Assembly: GCF_964213995.1 (NCBI RefSeq)
Contig: NC_135830.1
Coordinates: 19,406,001 to 19,470,000 of the forward strand
Length of the DNA: 64,000 nucleotides
Source: Mustelus asterias
Taxonomy: Eukaryota
Direction of reading: 5' to 3'
Below, piece after piece: positions 13,083 through 25,795 of the stretch. The notes beneath the pieces were generated by a model. It saw only the letters and a list, made by a program, of their open reading frames with translations, was not told where the DNA came from and made no database searches. Position numbers and translations under genes: made by a program. Position 1 is the stretch's first letter. Every line of letters starts with the position of its first letter.

Positions 13083-14472
13083 ATGTATTATCCGCAAGGA
13101 GTGAATCTATCATTCGTCATTCTGGTCCTGCTAGCATGTAGGCACAGGAGTTGTATGCAATAACTTGCAGTGTGTGTTCTATGTTCCTGTGTTTTATTCT
13201 TTGAAGCGGTCCTACAGATCGATGTCTCTCAGTCTCCAGCTTCTCGGACAGTCACTGGAGGGGATTCGGTGCGGATAAACAGCAGCTATGAGATGTCCAG
13301 CATTTACACCCTGCACTGGTACAGACAGAAATCCGGTCAGCGACTGGAGTGGGTGATAAAGCGAGTCTCTGCTGGCAAGGAGAGAAAGGACCGATTCATA
13401 GAGTCATAGAGGTTTACAGCATGGAAACAGGCCCTTCGGCCCAACTTGTCCATGCCGCCCTTATTTTTTTTAAAAACCCCTAAGCTAATCCCAATTGCCC
13501 GCATTTGGCCCATATCCCTCTATACCCATCGTACCCATGTAACTATCTAAATGCTTTTTAAAAGATAAAATTGTACCCGCCTCTACTACTACCTCTGGCA
13601 GCTTGTTCCAGACACTCACCACCTTCTGTGTGAACAAATTGCCCCTCAGAAAACACTTTTGTATCTCTCCCCTCTCACCTTAAACCTATGCCCTCTAGTT
13701 TTAGACTCCCCTGCCTTTGGGAAAAGATATCGATTATCTACCTTGTCGATGCCCCTCATTATTTTATAGACCTCTATGAGGTCACCCCTCAGCCTCCAAC
13801 GCTCCAGAGAAAAAAGTCCCAGTCTATTCAGCCTCTCCTTATAACTCAATCCATCAAGTCCTGGTAGCATCCTAGCAAATCTTTTCCGCACTCTTTCTAG
13901 TTTAATACAATCCTTTCTATAATAGGGTGACCAGAATTGCACACAGTATTCCAAGTGTGGCCTTACCAATGTCTTGTACAACTTCAACAAGACGTCCCAA
14001 CTTGAAGGGCGGCACGGTAGCACAGTGGTTAGCACTGCTGCTTCACAGCTCCAGGGTCCTGGGTTCGATTCCCGGCTCGGGTCACTGTCTGTGTGGAGTT
14101 TGCACATTCTCCTCGTGTCTGCGTGGGTTTCCTCCGGGGTGCTCCGGTTTCCTCCCCCAGTCCAAAGATGTGCGGGTTGGGTTGATTGGCCAGGTTAAAA
14201 ATTGCCCCTTAGAGTCCTGAGATGCGTAGGTTAGAGGGATTAGTGGGTAAATATGTGGGGGTAGGGCCTGGGTGGGATTGTGGTCGGTGCAGACTCGATG
14301 GGCCGAATGGCCTCCTTCTGCACTGTAGGGTTTCTATGATTTCTATGAACTCCTATATTGAATGTTCTGACCGATTCGAATTGGAACTTTCCACTGCGGA
14401 AAAATGGGGCCAGTTGGTTATTGAAAACACAGAGAGCACGGATACCGCTGTGTATTAAAGTGCGACAGAGTC
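13083..14472 (+). pseudogene. TCR V pseudogene, family C, interrupted by a LINE with nested SINE
   Basis: Leader 13083-13137. 14-nt deletion in FR1, first Cys changed to Ser, insertion 13398-14368, YY changed to Y*. RSS CACACTG-23-ACAATATCT at 14473-14511. Confidence 0.9.
13398..14368 (-). mobile_element. CR1 3' fragment inserted into a V exon, with nested HE1 SINE (14004-14347, plus strand)
   Basis: 9-bp TSD GACCGATTC (13389, 14369); SINE flanked by AACT. Confidence 0.9.
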
Positions 14473-14689
14473 CACACTGAGAGGAAAGATGGCAGTCACG
14501 GTACAATATCTTCCCCCCTGTTTATAGTTACAGTTCTGGAACAGCCTCAGTAGTCTCTCTCAATGAAACACAGGGCTGGAAAGCTGGGTCAGAATGAGAG
14601 CAGCGAACAAAGGCGATGAGCCAGGGCTGCCGTGGGTAATGATATTGCAAGATTTATCTCTGTCACTCCCATTCGATGAAAAGGTTTAT

Positions 14690-15430
14690 CATAGGGCACT
14701 GGGGAGGGTTGTAGAACGAAGAGATCTAGGGGTACAGGTTGATAGCTCCTTGAAAGTGGAGTCACAGGTGGACAAGGTGGTGAAGAAGGTATTCAGCATG
14801 CTTGGTTTCATTGGTCAGAACATTGAATACAGGAGTTGGTACGGCTTGTTGAAGATGTACAACACATTAGGATGGTCACACTTGGAATGTCGTGTGCAGT
14901 CTGGTCACTTTATTATAGAAAGGATATTATTAAACTAGAAAGAGTACAGAAAATATTTACTAGGATGCTGCAGGGACTTGATGGTTTCAGTTATAAGGGG
15001 AGGCGGGAGACGCTGGAGAGGCTGGAACTCTTTTCCCTGGAGCATAGGAGGCTTGGGGGTGATCTTATAGAGGTCTATATAATAATGAGGGGCATAGATG
15101 AGGTAGATAGTCGGCATCTTGTCCCAGAGTCAGGGGAGTCTAAAATTAGAGGGCAGAGGCATAAGGTAAGAGGGGAGAGATACAAAAGGGTCCAGTGGGG
15201 CATTTTGTTTCACTCAGAGAGTGGTGAGTGTCTGGAACGAGCCCAGTGGCTGTAGTAGAGGCGACTACAATTTTGTCTTTTAAAAAGCTTTTGGACCGTT
15301 ACATGGGTCAGATGGGTGTAGAGAGATAGAGGCCAAATGCGGACAATTGGGACGAGCTTTGTGGTTAAAAACTGGGCAGCATGGAGATGTTGGGCCGAAG
15401 AGCCTGTTTCCATGCTGTAAACCTCTATGA
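14690..15430 (+). mobile_element. CR1-type LINE 3' fragment
   Basis: ORF2 C-terminal relics. Confidence 0.85.
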
Positions 15431-16904
15431 CTCGAAACATGCTGACGGCACCAGCATGAAGCATGGGACCGAGAAACCACATACTAACTTCAGACTGTGC
15501 CTTGATGAGAGATTCAGCATTGCATATTTTTGGGATGATGTCCAAACTTCACTTTGCTGAATGTTGGTTTATTTCATGGTGGTGGGGTGAGTAATTGAGA
15601 GAATTAACATAATTCTACTGTAACATTGGTGTTTATATTGAAGTATCTGCACTGTGCTCTTGATTTCATTTGGCACTTATTTGAAACGAGATGGTGACCT
15701 AACACGTTGATCTAAAACAACATTTCGCGAAGTTTTCCAGAGATAGAAAACATTTCCCTTCTGTATGGCAGCATAAAGTTGAGCACTTGAAATGCCATAG
15801 CATTCAAGGCTAAAAGTTGAAGTAAACTTTATTGGTTACTCAAAAGTAAGGCTTACATTAACACTGCAATGAAATTACTGCGAAATTCCGTTAGTCGCCA
15901 CACTCCAGCGTCTGTTCGGGTCACTGCACATAATCAACACGTCTTTCAGACTATGGGAGGAAACAGGGAGCGCCCGAAGAAAACCCACGCAGACACGGGA
16001 AGAATGTACAAACTCCACACAGACAGTGACCCAAGCCGGGAATCGAGCCCATGTCCCTGGCGCTGTGAGGCAGCAGTGCCAACCATTGTGCCACCGTGCA
16101 GTCCACGGCTATGGAGTAAGTGCTGGAAAATTGAATTAGAATTGATAATTGATTCATAGCCCATGCCGACAAAGCGGGCCAAAAATGAAAACATTTGTGA
16201 CTCTATAATTATGACTCTAAAGGAAAAGCCTGAACTAAAATATTGGGCTCAGGTACCAGGGGTAAGAACACTATCATTAGTAATAATCCGTCACAAGAAT
16301 TACAATTTTGTCTCCACCAATGTGCCTTTCATTTCAGAGTTCAATGCTGAAAACTATTCCTTGAAAGTATTTCCAGCAAACTACCAAAGACACAAGCCTA
16401 AATTTCTTCAGGAATTCAGCACGGACAAAGTATTCATTGTCTGGTAGCAAGTGTAACTGATAAATACCTAACCAAATGGAGGGATGGAGGGCTCCTGGTG
16501 TAGAACCGGTCCATCCATTTGTGTGCAGTGTAGATTTACCAGAATGACAACAGAATAGCAAGGGTTAAATCACAAGGTGGTGAAACAACACAAATGAGGA
16601 TTGTATTCCCCGGAATTTCGCAGGATCGGGGATAATTATTTGAAAGTTTACAGGAGAATGAAGGAAACTGGTTGCGTTGTAAATGGATCCTCTCCAGTTC
16701 CTCCTGTCTTGAGCTTTACTGTAGAATCTGATTCCACCACCTCCTCCGGGAGCACGTCCCAGATATTCACCACTCTCCGAGTGAAAAACCTGCTCGTTAT
16801 ATCTCCTTTAAACTTTGCCCTTCCCACTTTCAACCTATGCCCTCGTGTAATTTACCCTTCAACCCTGGGAAAAAGACTCTGACTATCCATTCTAGCCAGC
16901 CTGT

Positions 16905-17235
16905 CATAGAAGCATAGAATACCTGCAGTAAAGAAGGAGGCCATTCGGTCCATCAAGTCTGACCACAATCCCACGTAACCTATTCCCCCTATTCCTGTAA
17001 CCCCACACATTTACCCTGCTATTCCCCCTGACACTAAGGTCAATTTAGCATGGCCAATCAACCGAACCCGCACATCTTTGGAATGTGTGAAGAAACCAGC
17101 GCACCCAGAGGAAACTCACGCAAACACGGGGAGAAAGTATAAATTTTACACAGACACTTACCCGAGACCGGAATTGAACCTGCGTCCCTGGTGCTGTGAG
17201 GCAGCAGTGCTAACCACTGGGCCACCGTGCCGCCC
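16905..17235 (-). mobile_element. HE1-type V-SINE
   Basis: tRNA head, central domain, LINE-like tail. Confidence 0.8.
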
Positions 17236-17249
17236 AAGTCTATCATAAT

Positions 17250-18230
17250 CATAAGAACATAAGAAATAGGAGCAGGAGTAGGCCATCTGGCCCCTCAAGC
17301 CTGCCCCGCCATTCAATGAGATTATGGCTGATCTGATAGTGGGTTCAGTTCCACTTAGCCGCCCGTTCCCCATAACCCTTCATTCCCTTAATGGTTAAAC
17401 ATCTATCTCTCTGTGACTTAAACACATTTAACGAGGTAGCCTCTACTGCTTCATTGGGCAGAGAAGTCCAAAGATTCACTACCCTCTGGGAGAAGAAGTT
17501 CCTCCTCAACTCTGTTCTAAATTGACTCCCCCGTATTTGGAGGCTATGCCCCCTAGTTCTTGTTTCCATTGTAAGTGGAAATAGCCTCGCTGCTTCTACC
17601 CTGTCTAGCCCCTTCATTATCTTAAATGTCTCTATAAGATCTCCCCTCAACCTTCTAAACTCCAATGAGTACAGGCCCAGTCTACTCAGTCTCTCCTCAT
17701 AAGCTAACCCCGACATCTCTGGAATCAACCTGCTGAACCTTCTCTGTACCCCCTCCAAAGCTAATATATCCTTTCTTAAATAATCATGTAAACGTCTATC
17801 AGATCCCCCCCCCCCCCAATCCACCAATGCTCCAATGAAAACAATCCAAGTTTGTTCAACCTTTCTTCATAGTCTATATCTTTCGAACCAGGCAACATCC
17901 TGGTAAATTTCTTCTGCACCCTTTCTAATGCATCAGCATCCTTCCGGCAGTGTGGCGACCAGAATTGAACACAATATTCCCAATGCGGCCTAACCAAAAT
18001 CTTATACAGCTGCAACATGATTTTCTAATTCCTATATTCAACACCCCGAACGATGTAGGCGAGCATGCCACACGCCTTCCTGACCACCTTGTCCACCTGA
18101 GTTGCCACCTTCAGGGAACTGCGGATCTGCAAGCCTACTTCACTCTGCATGCTGATATTTCGAAGGGCTCTAACATTTACTGTATACTTTGCTTCCGCAG
18201 TGGACCTCCAAAAGAGCATCACTTCACAAT
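17250..18230 (-). mobile_element. CR1-type LINE fragments
   Basis: ORFs 17345, 17776 and 18025. Confidence 0.85.
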
Positions 18231-18452
18231 ATTGTGTGTGTTTGTGTGTGTGGCGGGGGTGCGGGGGGAGGGGGGGGGGAAACGGGGCGAAGGGGAGGGA
18301 TGTTGGGGGGGGGGCAACGAAGTGGCGGCAGTGGATGCATTTGGTTGACTATCACAACCACAAATATAAAGCGACTTCAAAGGTTGATGGTTTTCCACAC
18401 ATCAGGAAGAACAAAAATGAGTCTTGAGGGAGCAGGGAAACATGTGACATGC

Positions 18453-18466
18453 GCGCCCTCTGGTGG
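18453..18466 (-). promoter_or_regulatory. CTCF-like motif
   Basis: Reverse complement CCACCAGAGGGCGC. Confidence 0.65.
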
Positions 18467-18989
18467 ATTTCATCAGAACATTTCAGTTCAATGCAAGAGA
18501 AAAGAAAACAGAAAATCGGATAATTTCCGGCAATGTCTCCAGCGTCTGATTATCAGGAGATAGACAATTATTAAATGAATTGAAGATTGGAAATTCGCTT
18601 TTGTCTACAGGTTCTTTCCCTTTCTCAGCTGCACACTGAGGAACGTTACGCCACAACCCACATGCACATTCATTTCCTGTCCGTTCAACTGGTCCAGATT
18701 AGAGTGATCTTTCAGCACAGTCTCCAGGCTGTCCAGATGTCCCCCACCAGCCTCCCCCATCCTCACCCACTGCATCCCTCTATGTAAATGCTATTCAATT
18801 CATTCTCTTTGTTGATAATAAATTTCTACATTGAGAACTCCATTTATATATTTTGACATGAATAAGTAACATAAATTGTTTTCAAAGTACAACAATCCAT
18901 TGATTAGAAATCAGCATGACAATATCATCACAGAATCACAGAACACCCAGATTTTCCTCCAGGTCATTTATACCCCTGCAGATAACAGA

Positions 18990-19390
18990 AGTCCCATCAC
19001 TAGCTCCAGATCTCATTCTAAAAAATACACTTCCACCGCTACTCTCTGCCTTGTATAACCAAGCCAGTTCGGTATCCACCTAGCAAGCCCACCCTGCATC
19101 CTATGTGATTGTGGTGTTTCTACCAGTCTGCCATGAGGGACTTTGTCAAACGCTTTGCGAAAGTCAATATAAATTACATCCACAACCCTTCCATCATCAA
19201 TTATCTTTGTCACCTCTTCAAAAGAACTCATCAATTTGGTGAGACATGACCTTCCCCGTACAAAACCATGCTGCCTGTCACTAACTAGTCCGTTTTCCTC
19301 AAAATGTGCATATATCTCGTCCCTCGGTGTCTTCTCCAAATGCTTCCCCAGCACCGGTGTCAGGCTCACCGACCTATAATTTGTTAGATT
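18990..19390 (-). mobile_element. CR1 RT fragment
   Basis: QHGF..RSCLT..DFRKAFD. Confidence 0.85.
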
Positions 19391-19446
19391 ATTCCATCAT
19401 CTTCATGATGCAATATTCGAGAATAAATGTGATTACAGAGAATATT

Positions 19447-19460
19447 CCACTAGGTGGCTC
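19447..19460 (+). promoter_or_regulatory. CTCF-like motif
   Basis: CCACTAGGTGGCTC, identical at 37941 and 53594. Confidence 0.6.
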
Positions 19461-21458
19461 TATAAGACCTCATGTTTGACCAAACCTGCATAACACCACA
19501 GTTCACCGCTGTGACAGCTGACAGCTGTAAATTACAGGATTTAATTTTGCGATGTGACACTTCACTGTGAACAACCGGATATATCGGATAAGCACCTGCA
19601 GGTGAATTTCTGTTTTCTATGTTCCTACAACGTTGTCTGATTTCAACAATAAATTAGTTATATCTCTTGGGGTTAAAGGGAGCAAGGAAATGGAGGAGAG
19701 GGGGTTCAGGATATTCAATTTGTGGATCAGCCATGATCAGAATCAATGACAGAGCAGGCTCGAATGGCCTACTCCTGTTTCTGGTTTCTATGTTTCTAAA
19801 TTGCCAATGTTATGGCACAGGAGACTTGGAGAGTGAACTGTATCAACCATTGTATTTCCTGGTCCAATATCACAGGCTAGTCCGAAGAATATACTCGCCC
19901 AATGTTTCTAAATAATAGCGTTGATCAGAAAAGAGTGTGCATGTGTGTGGGGTGGAAGACAGAGAGAGAGAAAGAGAGAGTGACTGAGCGAGAGAGCGAG
20001 GAGTGGGGGAGAGGGATTCGTCGCTCCTCTCGTGACGAAAGGTTTTAGTTACTATAGATCAAGGTGTCCAGAATATAGCGGGACTCGCAAATCTCTTCAC
20101 TCCACGTCAGCACGACAAGTCTTTCTGGCAGAGATCCACAATGCCCCGTGTCCTCTGAGTAAATAAGTTTTCAAACAGCACAACCGCGGCTACACTGGGA
20201 ATGAACTTCCATCCTTCGTAAAATACTTTCAGATCTCCAGAATCCATAAATGGCGCTAAATAAGTTAAAAACTTTACTTATTTTGCGGAGTAATAGTTGA
20301 TTCAAGAGTTAAGCTTATTGTCCGGCTGTCTCCATCGGAAATGTTAAGGTTGCTGCTTTTAGATTTCAATTTCTTCATTTGAAACCATGTTTTCAATGAT
20401 TGGGTTCACGAACAGTCACCACCTCCCGGGATTTCCAGTCTCCAGTCTGTTATGAGATATTTTACAGGAGCCTCGGATTACTTCAGGAAAAACAATCTGA
20501 GTAGCTGTTCTGTGACTCCAATGGAGTCTGGCCTCCTGCTCAAGGAGAGCGGGAGACTGAGAAAACAATAGGCTGCTTCCTATCTAAGACTCAGTTATTA
20601 ACCTGATCGTCTCTATAAAGCTTTACACGAATCTACCTGCACTTGTAAATATAAATTATATATTTATTGTCAAAATGGTACAAATATCTCAGAATTAACA
20701 GTACAAGCGCTAATCAGAGAATCCCTACAGTGCAGAAGGACGCCATTCGGCCCATCCAACCCAGGCCATATTCCCTATACCCTGCTGATCAACCTGACAC
20801 GAAGGGTCAAATGAATCTGGCCAATTAACCTACCCCGCACATCTTTGGACTGTGGGAGGAAACCAGAAAGCTCAGAGGAAAACCCGCGCAGAATGTGCGA
20901 ATCCCACACAGACAGTCACCAAGGCGGGAATTGAACCTGGGTCCTGGGGCTGTGAGGCAGTCAGTGCTAACCACTGTGCCATCGCGCTGCCCGACAAATT
21001 CAAGCTCCCAGGCGAGGTTCAGTTGTTCGCTCTCTTGCCTCTGATACAAAAAGTTTTCAAAACTCCAGTCTCTCTCCAGAGACTCCTTTTCCAGAATCCA
21101 TTCAGATGCGGCAGTTCAGTTCTCGGGGAATGGTGAATTGTCAGAGGCGCCGGCTTTCGGATGAGATGTTCAATCGGGGCGCCGAATGCCCCCTCGGAAG
21201 GGAGTTATCGATTGTAAGGAAACTATATTGAAGAAGAGCTCTCGTCCATAACTACCCAACAATAAACGCCGTGAATCAGGTTATCCATTAAAATGTTGTT
21301 TGAAGGATCATGCAGGGGCCAAATTGGCTGCTGTGCCCTCTCCGTTCATTATAACAATGACTGTGAACACACTGTGGCACACCAAGAACGGCGCCATAAA
21401 AATACTCCCTTCTCATTCACTCAACCGCCCACATCTGTACATTGAGTGAGGTCCTGAC

Positions 21459-21497
21459 AGTTTTTGTACAGGTTCAGGCCAGCTGCCTGTCTCTGTG
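21459..21497 (-). other. 23-RSS
   Basis: CACAGAG + 23 nt + ACAAAAACT. Confidence 0.9.
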
Positions 21498-22606
21498 GGT
21501 CTCAGTGCGCAGTAATACACCCCGGAGTCTCTCAGCACTGTTTCAGACACTTTCAGCGGGACTGTGCTGTTCACAAAATCAAACTCGGCGGAGAAACGGC
21601 CCTCTGAGTTCCCGCTGTATCGATTTCTCTGCAGTATAAACTCCATGGACCCGCTGGGATGCTGACGATACCAGAATATGTCAGGATAGTCGCTGGTTGT
21701 AGCTGTAAAGTTACAGAACAACTGAACATCATCTCCTTCGCTCACTGCGACTGCAGTCGGCGTCTGCCGAACAGAGTCTCCTCCACAATGTCCTGTAAGA
21801 GTCCAGAGTAACATCAATTCAAACGATGACATTCAACTACGTCTTTCTCTCAGAATCGGCTTTTTGCCCTGAGTAACATCCCGATATATAGTTCGGCGCC
21901 ATTAAAATTAAATGTATTTCCCTCGGTAAGGGACTGTAACGCGAAGGTGTTTGGATCGAATAATAAATCATAGAATCCCCTACAGTGCAGGAGGAGGCCA
22001 TTCGGCCCATCCGGTCTGCACCGGACAACAATCCCACGCATGCCCCAGCGCCGTAATCCCACCTATTTAGCCCGCTAGTCCCTCTAACATTTGCATCCCG
22101 AGACACTAAGGGCAATTTAGCATGGCCAATCTACCTAACCTGCACATTTTTGGACTGTGGGAGGAAACTGGAGCACCCAGAGGAAACCCACGCAGACATG
22201 GGGAGAACGTACAAACTCCAGGCAGATATTGACCGAAGCCGGAAATCGAACCCAGGTCCCTGGAGCTGTGAGACAGCAGTGCCTAACCACTGTGCCACGG
22301 TGCCGCCCTTCAAGAACATTTGACAGCACATTTAGTGTCTATCGAGATCAATTCCCCTCCTGTGTTTCCTGCAATTTGAAGGGCAAATTGAAAACTGTCC
22401 ATAGATTTTAAACTACAGTGTTTGTCACAGGGCGTGTGATTACAAATTGCAAAGGGTTAATTTACTAATCTTCGATGAATCCATTGTTACCCATGTGTTA
22501 ATGTCATGTGTGGTAAAGAAGTGACCTGCAGGTCTGTGTAACTTGTGAACTTACCGGTTAACAGAACAGCCGCTGTGAGGAATGAACACAAAATAATAGG
22601 AGACAT
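21498..22606 (-). CDS. TCR alpha/delta-type V segment, family D, apparently functional. Leader 22606-22555, V exon 21792-21498
   Basis: Leader MSPIILCSFLTAAVLLT|gtaag; tcttacag acceptor; DSVRQTP..C..IFWYRQHP..DSGVYYCALRP. SINE in the intron. Confidence 0.9.
21968..22310 (-). mobile_element. HE1-type V-SINE in a V intron
   Basis: tRNA head, central domain, LINE-like tail. Confidence 0.8.
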
Positions 22607-22966
22607 GTTTGCAGGGAGCTCCTGGCACAGTTAATAGCAATGGGCTGAAGCTCAAATTATTTCACTCAAGAGTTGAGGAGGGGAAGAGTAACACCGAGCA
22701 CTCTGCTGATTGGTTCATTGCCGACAGCGTCATCGGTTGACATTCAATCATATTAAAACTTCTTTGTCTTCCATTCAACCAATGATGTCAAACTCCTTGG
22801 CTCTTCAGTTCCTACCCTCGGCGCCGGATGAAAGAAACAACGAGATTTTGTTCATCTTCAACTGGCAGATGGTCCTTTGTTCACTGCTCTCATTCTGACC
22901 CACCTTTCCTGCCCTGTGTTTTTGAGAGAGATCGCTGCAGCTCTTCGGAACTGTAAGCAGGAGGGA

Positions 22967-23005
22967 GGTTTTTGTACAGTGACTGCCGCCTTTCCTCTCA
23001 ATGTG
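22967..23005 (-). other. 23-RSS
   Basis: CACATTG + 23 nt + consensus ACAAAAACC. Confidence 0.9.
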
Positions 23006-23428
23006 GGTTCTATCGCACAGTAATACACAGCGGTATCCGCGCTCTCCGTATTTTCAATAATCAACTGGCCCCATTTTTCCACAGTGGAAAGTTCCAATTT
23101 GAATCGGTCCTTTCTCTCTTTGCCAGCTGAGACTCGCTTTATTATCCACTCCAGTCGCTGACCGGATTTCTGTCTGTACCAATGCAGGCCGTAAATGCTG
23201 GATATCTCAGAGCTGCAGTTTATCCGCACCGAATATGCGCTTGGGACTGTTCGAGAAGCTGGAGACTGGAACACTCCACCCGAGAGGCATCGACCTGGAA
23301 GACCGTACACGTAATGAAACACAGGAGCAAAGAATAAACACTGCGAGTTATTGAATACAATTCCTGTACCTACATGCTAGCAGCGCCAGAATGACGAATG
23401 ATAGATTCACTTCTTGCGGATAATGCAT
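23006..23428 (-). CDS. TCR alpha/delta-type V segment, family C, apparently functional. Leader 23428-23374, V exon 23294-23006
   Basis: MHYPQEVNLSFVILALLA|gtaggt; GVFQSP..INC..LHWYRQ..DTAVYYCAIEP; frame open. Confidence 0.9.
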
Positions 23429-24042
23429 CTTCCAACTCTTTGGTTAAAAGGAAACGTTGCACACAGATCACAGGAAGAGCACATACTGAGTGAACGCACA
23501 GAATTTTCGCATAAGTAGAGACAGAGTCATCTCATCAAAGTCTCTGTCACGTGAGATGCTGCTTTTGGATTGGCTGTAAATGAATATTCGTCCCCTACGA
23601 TGTCAGTTTGTTGATTCTCTGCTTCCTTCACCGGCAGTTCACATCAGATCGTCAGTTATATAAAAGGCAGTAGGTTTTTCTTCTCCCTGTGAGGGGAGGT
23701 GAAGGGAACAGAATCCTTTTGGGTTAGCGCGTCTCAAAATGGACTTTCCTGGCCCTGGGTGCTTGAATCCAGTAAAATCATTTCCTGCCGAACAAGTGGA
23801 ACATGTTTCACTGCTTCTCACAAAATGATTCAACACATTCAGCACAGCCTGAATAATCCTTTCGTTCCAGAATGACATGATCTGCACCGCATCCCTTAAA
23901 TAAGTCAACACATTCAGGACAGTCTGAGAAACCTTTCGCTTAGAGAATGGACGAAGCCTGTGGACCGATACCCCTTATTTGAGTCGCAACATTTGGAAGA
24001 GAGAGGTAGATGTGCATAGATTGTCTGATCGGAAGCTGCAGT

Positions 24043-24081
24043 AGATATTGTATTGGGGCGCTCAGTCTTTGTCTCACAGTG
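24043..24081 (-). other. 23-RSS
   Basis: CACTGTG + 23 nt + ACAATATCT. Confidence 0.9.
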
Positions 24082-24478
24082 CCTCACTGCACAGTGATAC
24101 ACTCCAGCGTCTGACATTGCCGTGCTGTCAATGCCGAGAATGTTATAACTTCTTGTTGGGTCAATGAAGAGCGTGAACCGCCCGTCAGTGGTGTTGCCGC
24201 TAATAGCCGATAGGATGAATTTCGGACCACGATTCCTTCGATGTCTGTACCAATGGATACTGTCGGTGCTGCGGGTACTTGCATTGCACCGGATTTCAAT
24301 CGATTGTCCCTCTTGTGCATGTATCAGCTGTGGTTGGTGGATCACAGCCGCTTCGCCGATAACTGTTGAGAAAAGGGGGAATAGAAATGAAAAATACAAA
24401 ACAAAAAGATGGAACTACGATTGCCCGCACAAAACACTCACCGAAAATCAATAAATTGAAAGTTATTATTTCATTCAT
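24082..24478 (-). CDS. TCR alpha/delta-type V segment, family B, apparently functional. Leader 24478-24442, V exon 24362-24082
   Basis: MNEIITFNLLIF|gtgag; AAVIHQPQ..RCNAS..IHWYRH..DAGVYHCAVR; frame open. Confidence 0.9.
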
Positions 24479-25224
24479 TGCGTTTTCCTGTTTATTGCGC
24501 TCAGTGGATCAGAAATATTGCAGGGAATTGATTCGTTTGGGATGATTCTGATGTGCAGTTGATGATGTTTTCCTCTGCCTGCTATGAAGGCAGGTTTCTC
24601 TTATATATACACCGAGGGTCGGGGAGCATTGAAACGCTGAGGTTCTCGGCTCACTGACACGCCCACTGGTGGTCATGTTTATAATCCGATGAATCAAACA
24701 GTTCTGGTCTCGGAGAACGAGCAGGAACTAATGACGTTGGAGTCAGACATTTGTCCTTCCAGAATATTAGACCTGGACTGATATCCAACCCTGGCAGAGT
24801 GTGGTCAAGGTGTCTGATGAGGAACTGAGTCGGGCAATGGGACAGATTTGGCCTTTAACCGGCATCTAATCGATTTGAAACTCAGTGGAGATACATACTG
24901 TGGGTATATAATCTGTAGAGTGGTCGTACAGACTCGAAATGACACGGTGGCACAGTGGTTAGCACTGCTGCCCCACAGCATCAGGGACCCTGGTTCGATT
25001 CCTGGCTTCGATTCCTGGTCACACCGTCTTCAGAGGCTGCATGTTCTCCTCGTGTCTGCGTGGGTTTCCTCCGGGTGCTCCGGGTTCCCCTCACATTCTG
25101 AAAGGCATCTGGTAAGGTGCATTGACCCAAACAGGCGTCGGTGTGTGGCGACGAGGGGAAATTCACAGGAACTTCATTGCAGTGTTAATGCAAGCCTTTC
25201 TTGTGATTAATAAATAAACTTTAT

Positions 25225-25795
25225 TTGATTTGAATTATTATAGTCACATGTATTAGTATACAGTGACAAGTATTGTTCCTCGCATGTTGTACAGTCAAAG
25301 AATACCGTTCATAGAGAAGAAAAGGAGAGGGTGCAGAATGTAGTGTTGCAGTCAAAGCTAGGGTGTAGAGAAAGATCAAATCAGTGCGAGATAGGTCCAT
25401 TCAAATGTCTGATGGCAGCAGGGAAGAAGCTGTTCTTGAGTCGGTTGGTATGTGACCTCAGACTTTTGTATTTTCTTCCTGATAGAAGAAGGTGGAAGGG
25501 AGTATGTCCAGGGAGCGTAGGGTTCTTAATTATACTGACAGCTATTCCGAGGCAGCGGCCAGTGTAGACAGAGTCAATGGATGGGAGGTTGGTGTGCGTG
25601 ACGGCTGGGCTTCATTCACGACCCTTTGTAGTTTCTTGCGGCCTTGGGCAGAACAGGAGCCATCCCAAGCTGTGATACAACCAGAACGAATGCTTTCTAT
25701 CATGCATCTGTAAAGGTTGGTGAGAGTCATAGTTGACATGCCAAAATTTATTAATCTTCTGAGAAAGTAGAAGCATTGGTGGTCTTTCTTAACTT
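25225..25795 (-). mobile_element. Rex/Babar-type LINE 3' end
   Basis: KK..YFLRRL..FG..LYRC.IES. Confidence 0.75.

Noticed and set aside
16200-16600. Duplicated unique-looking block (also 62100-62500) as an exon or V relic
   Set aside because: No conserved frame or Ig motifs could be recovered.
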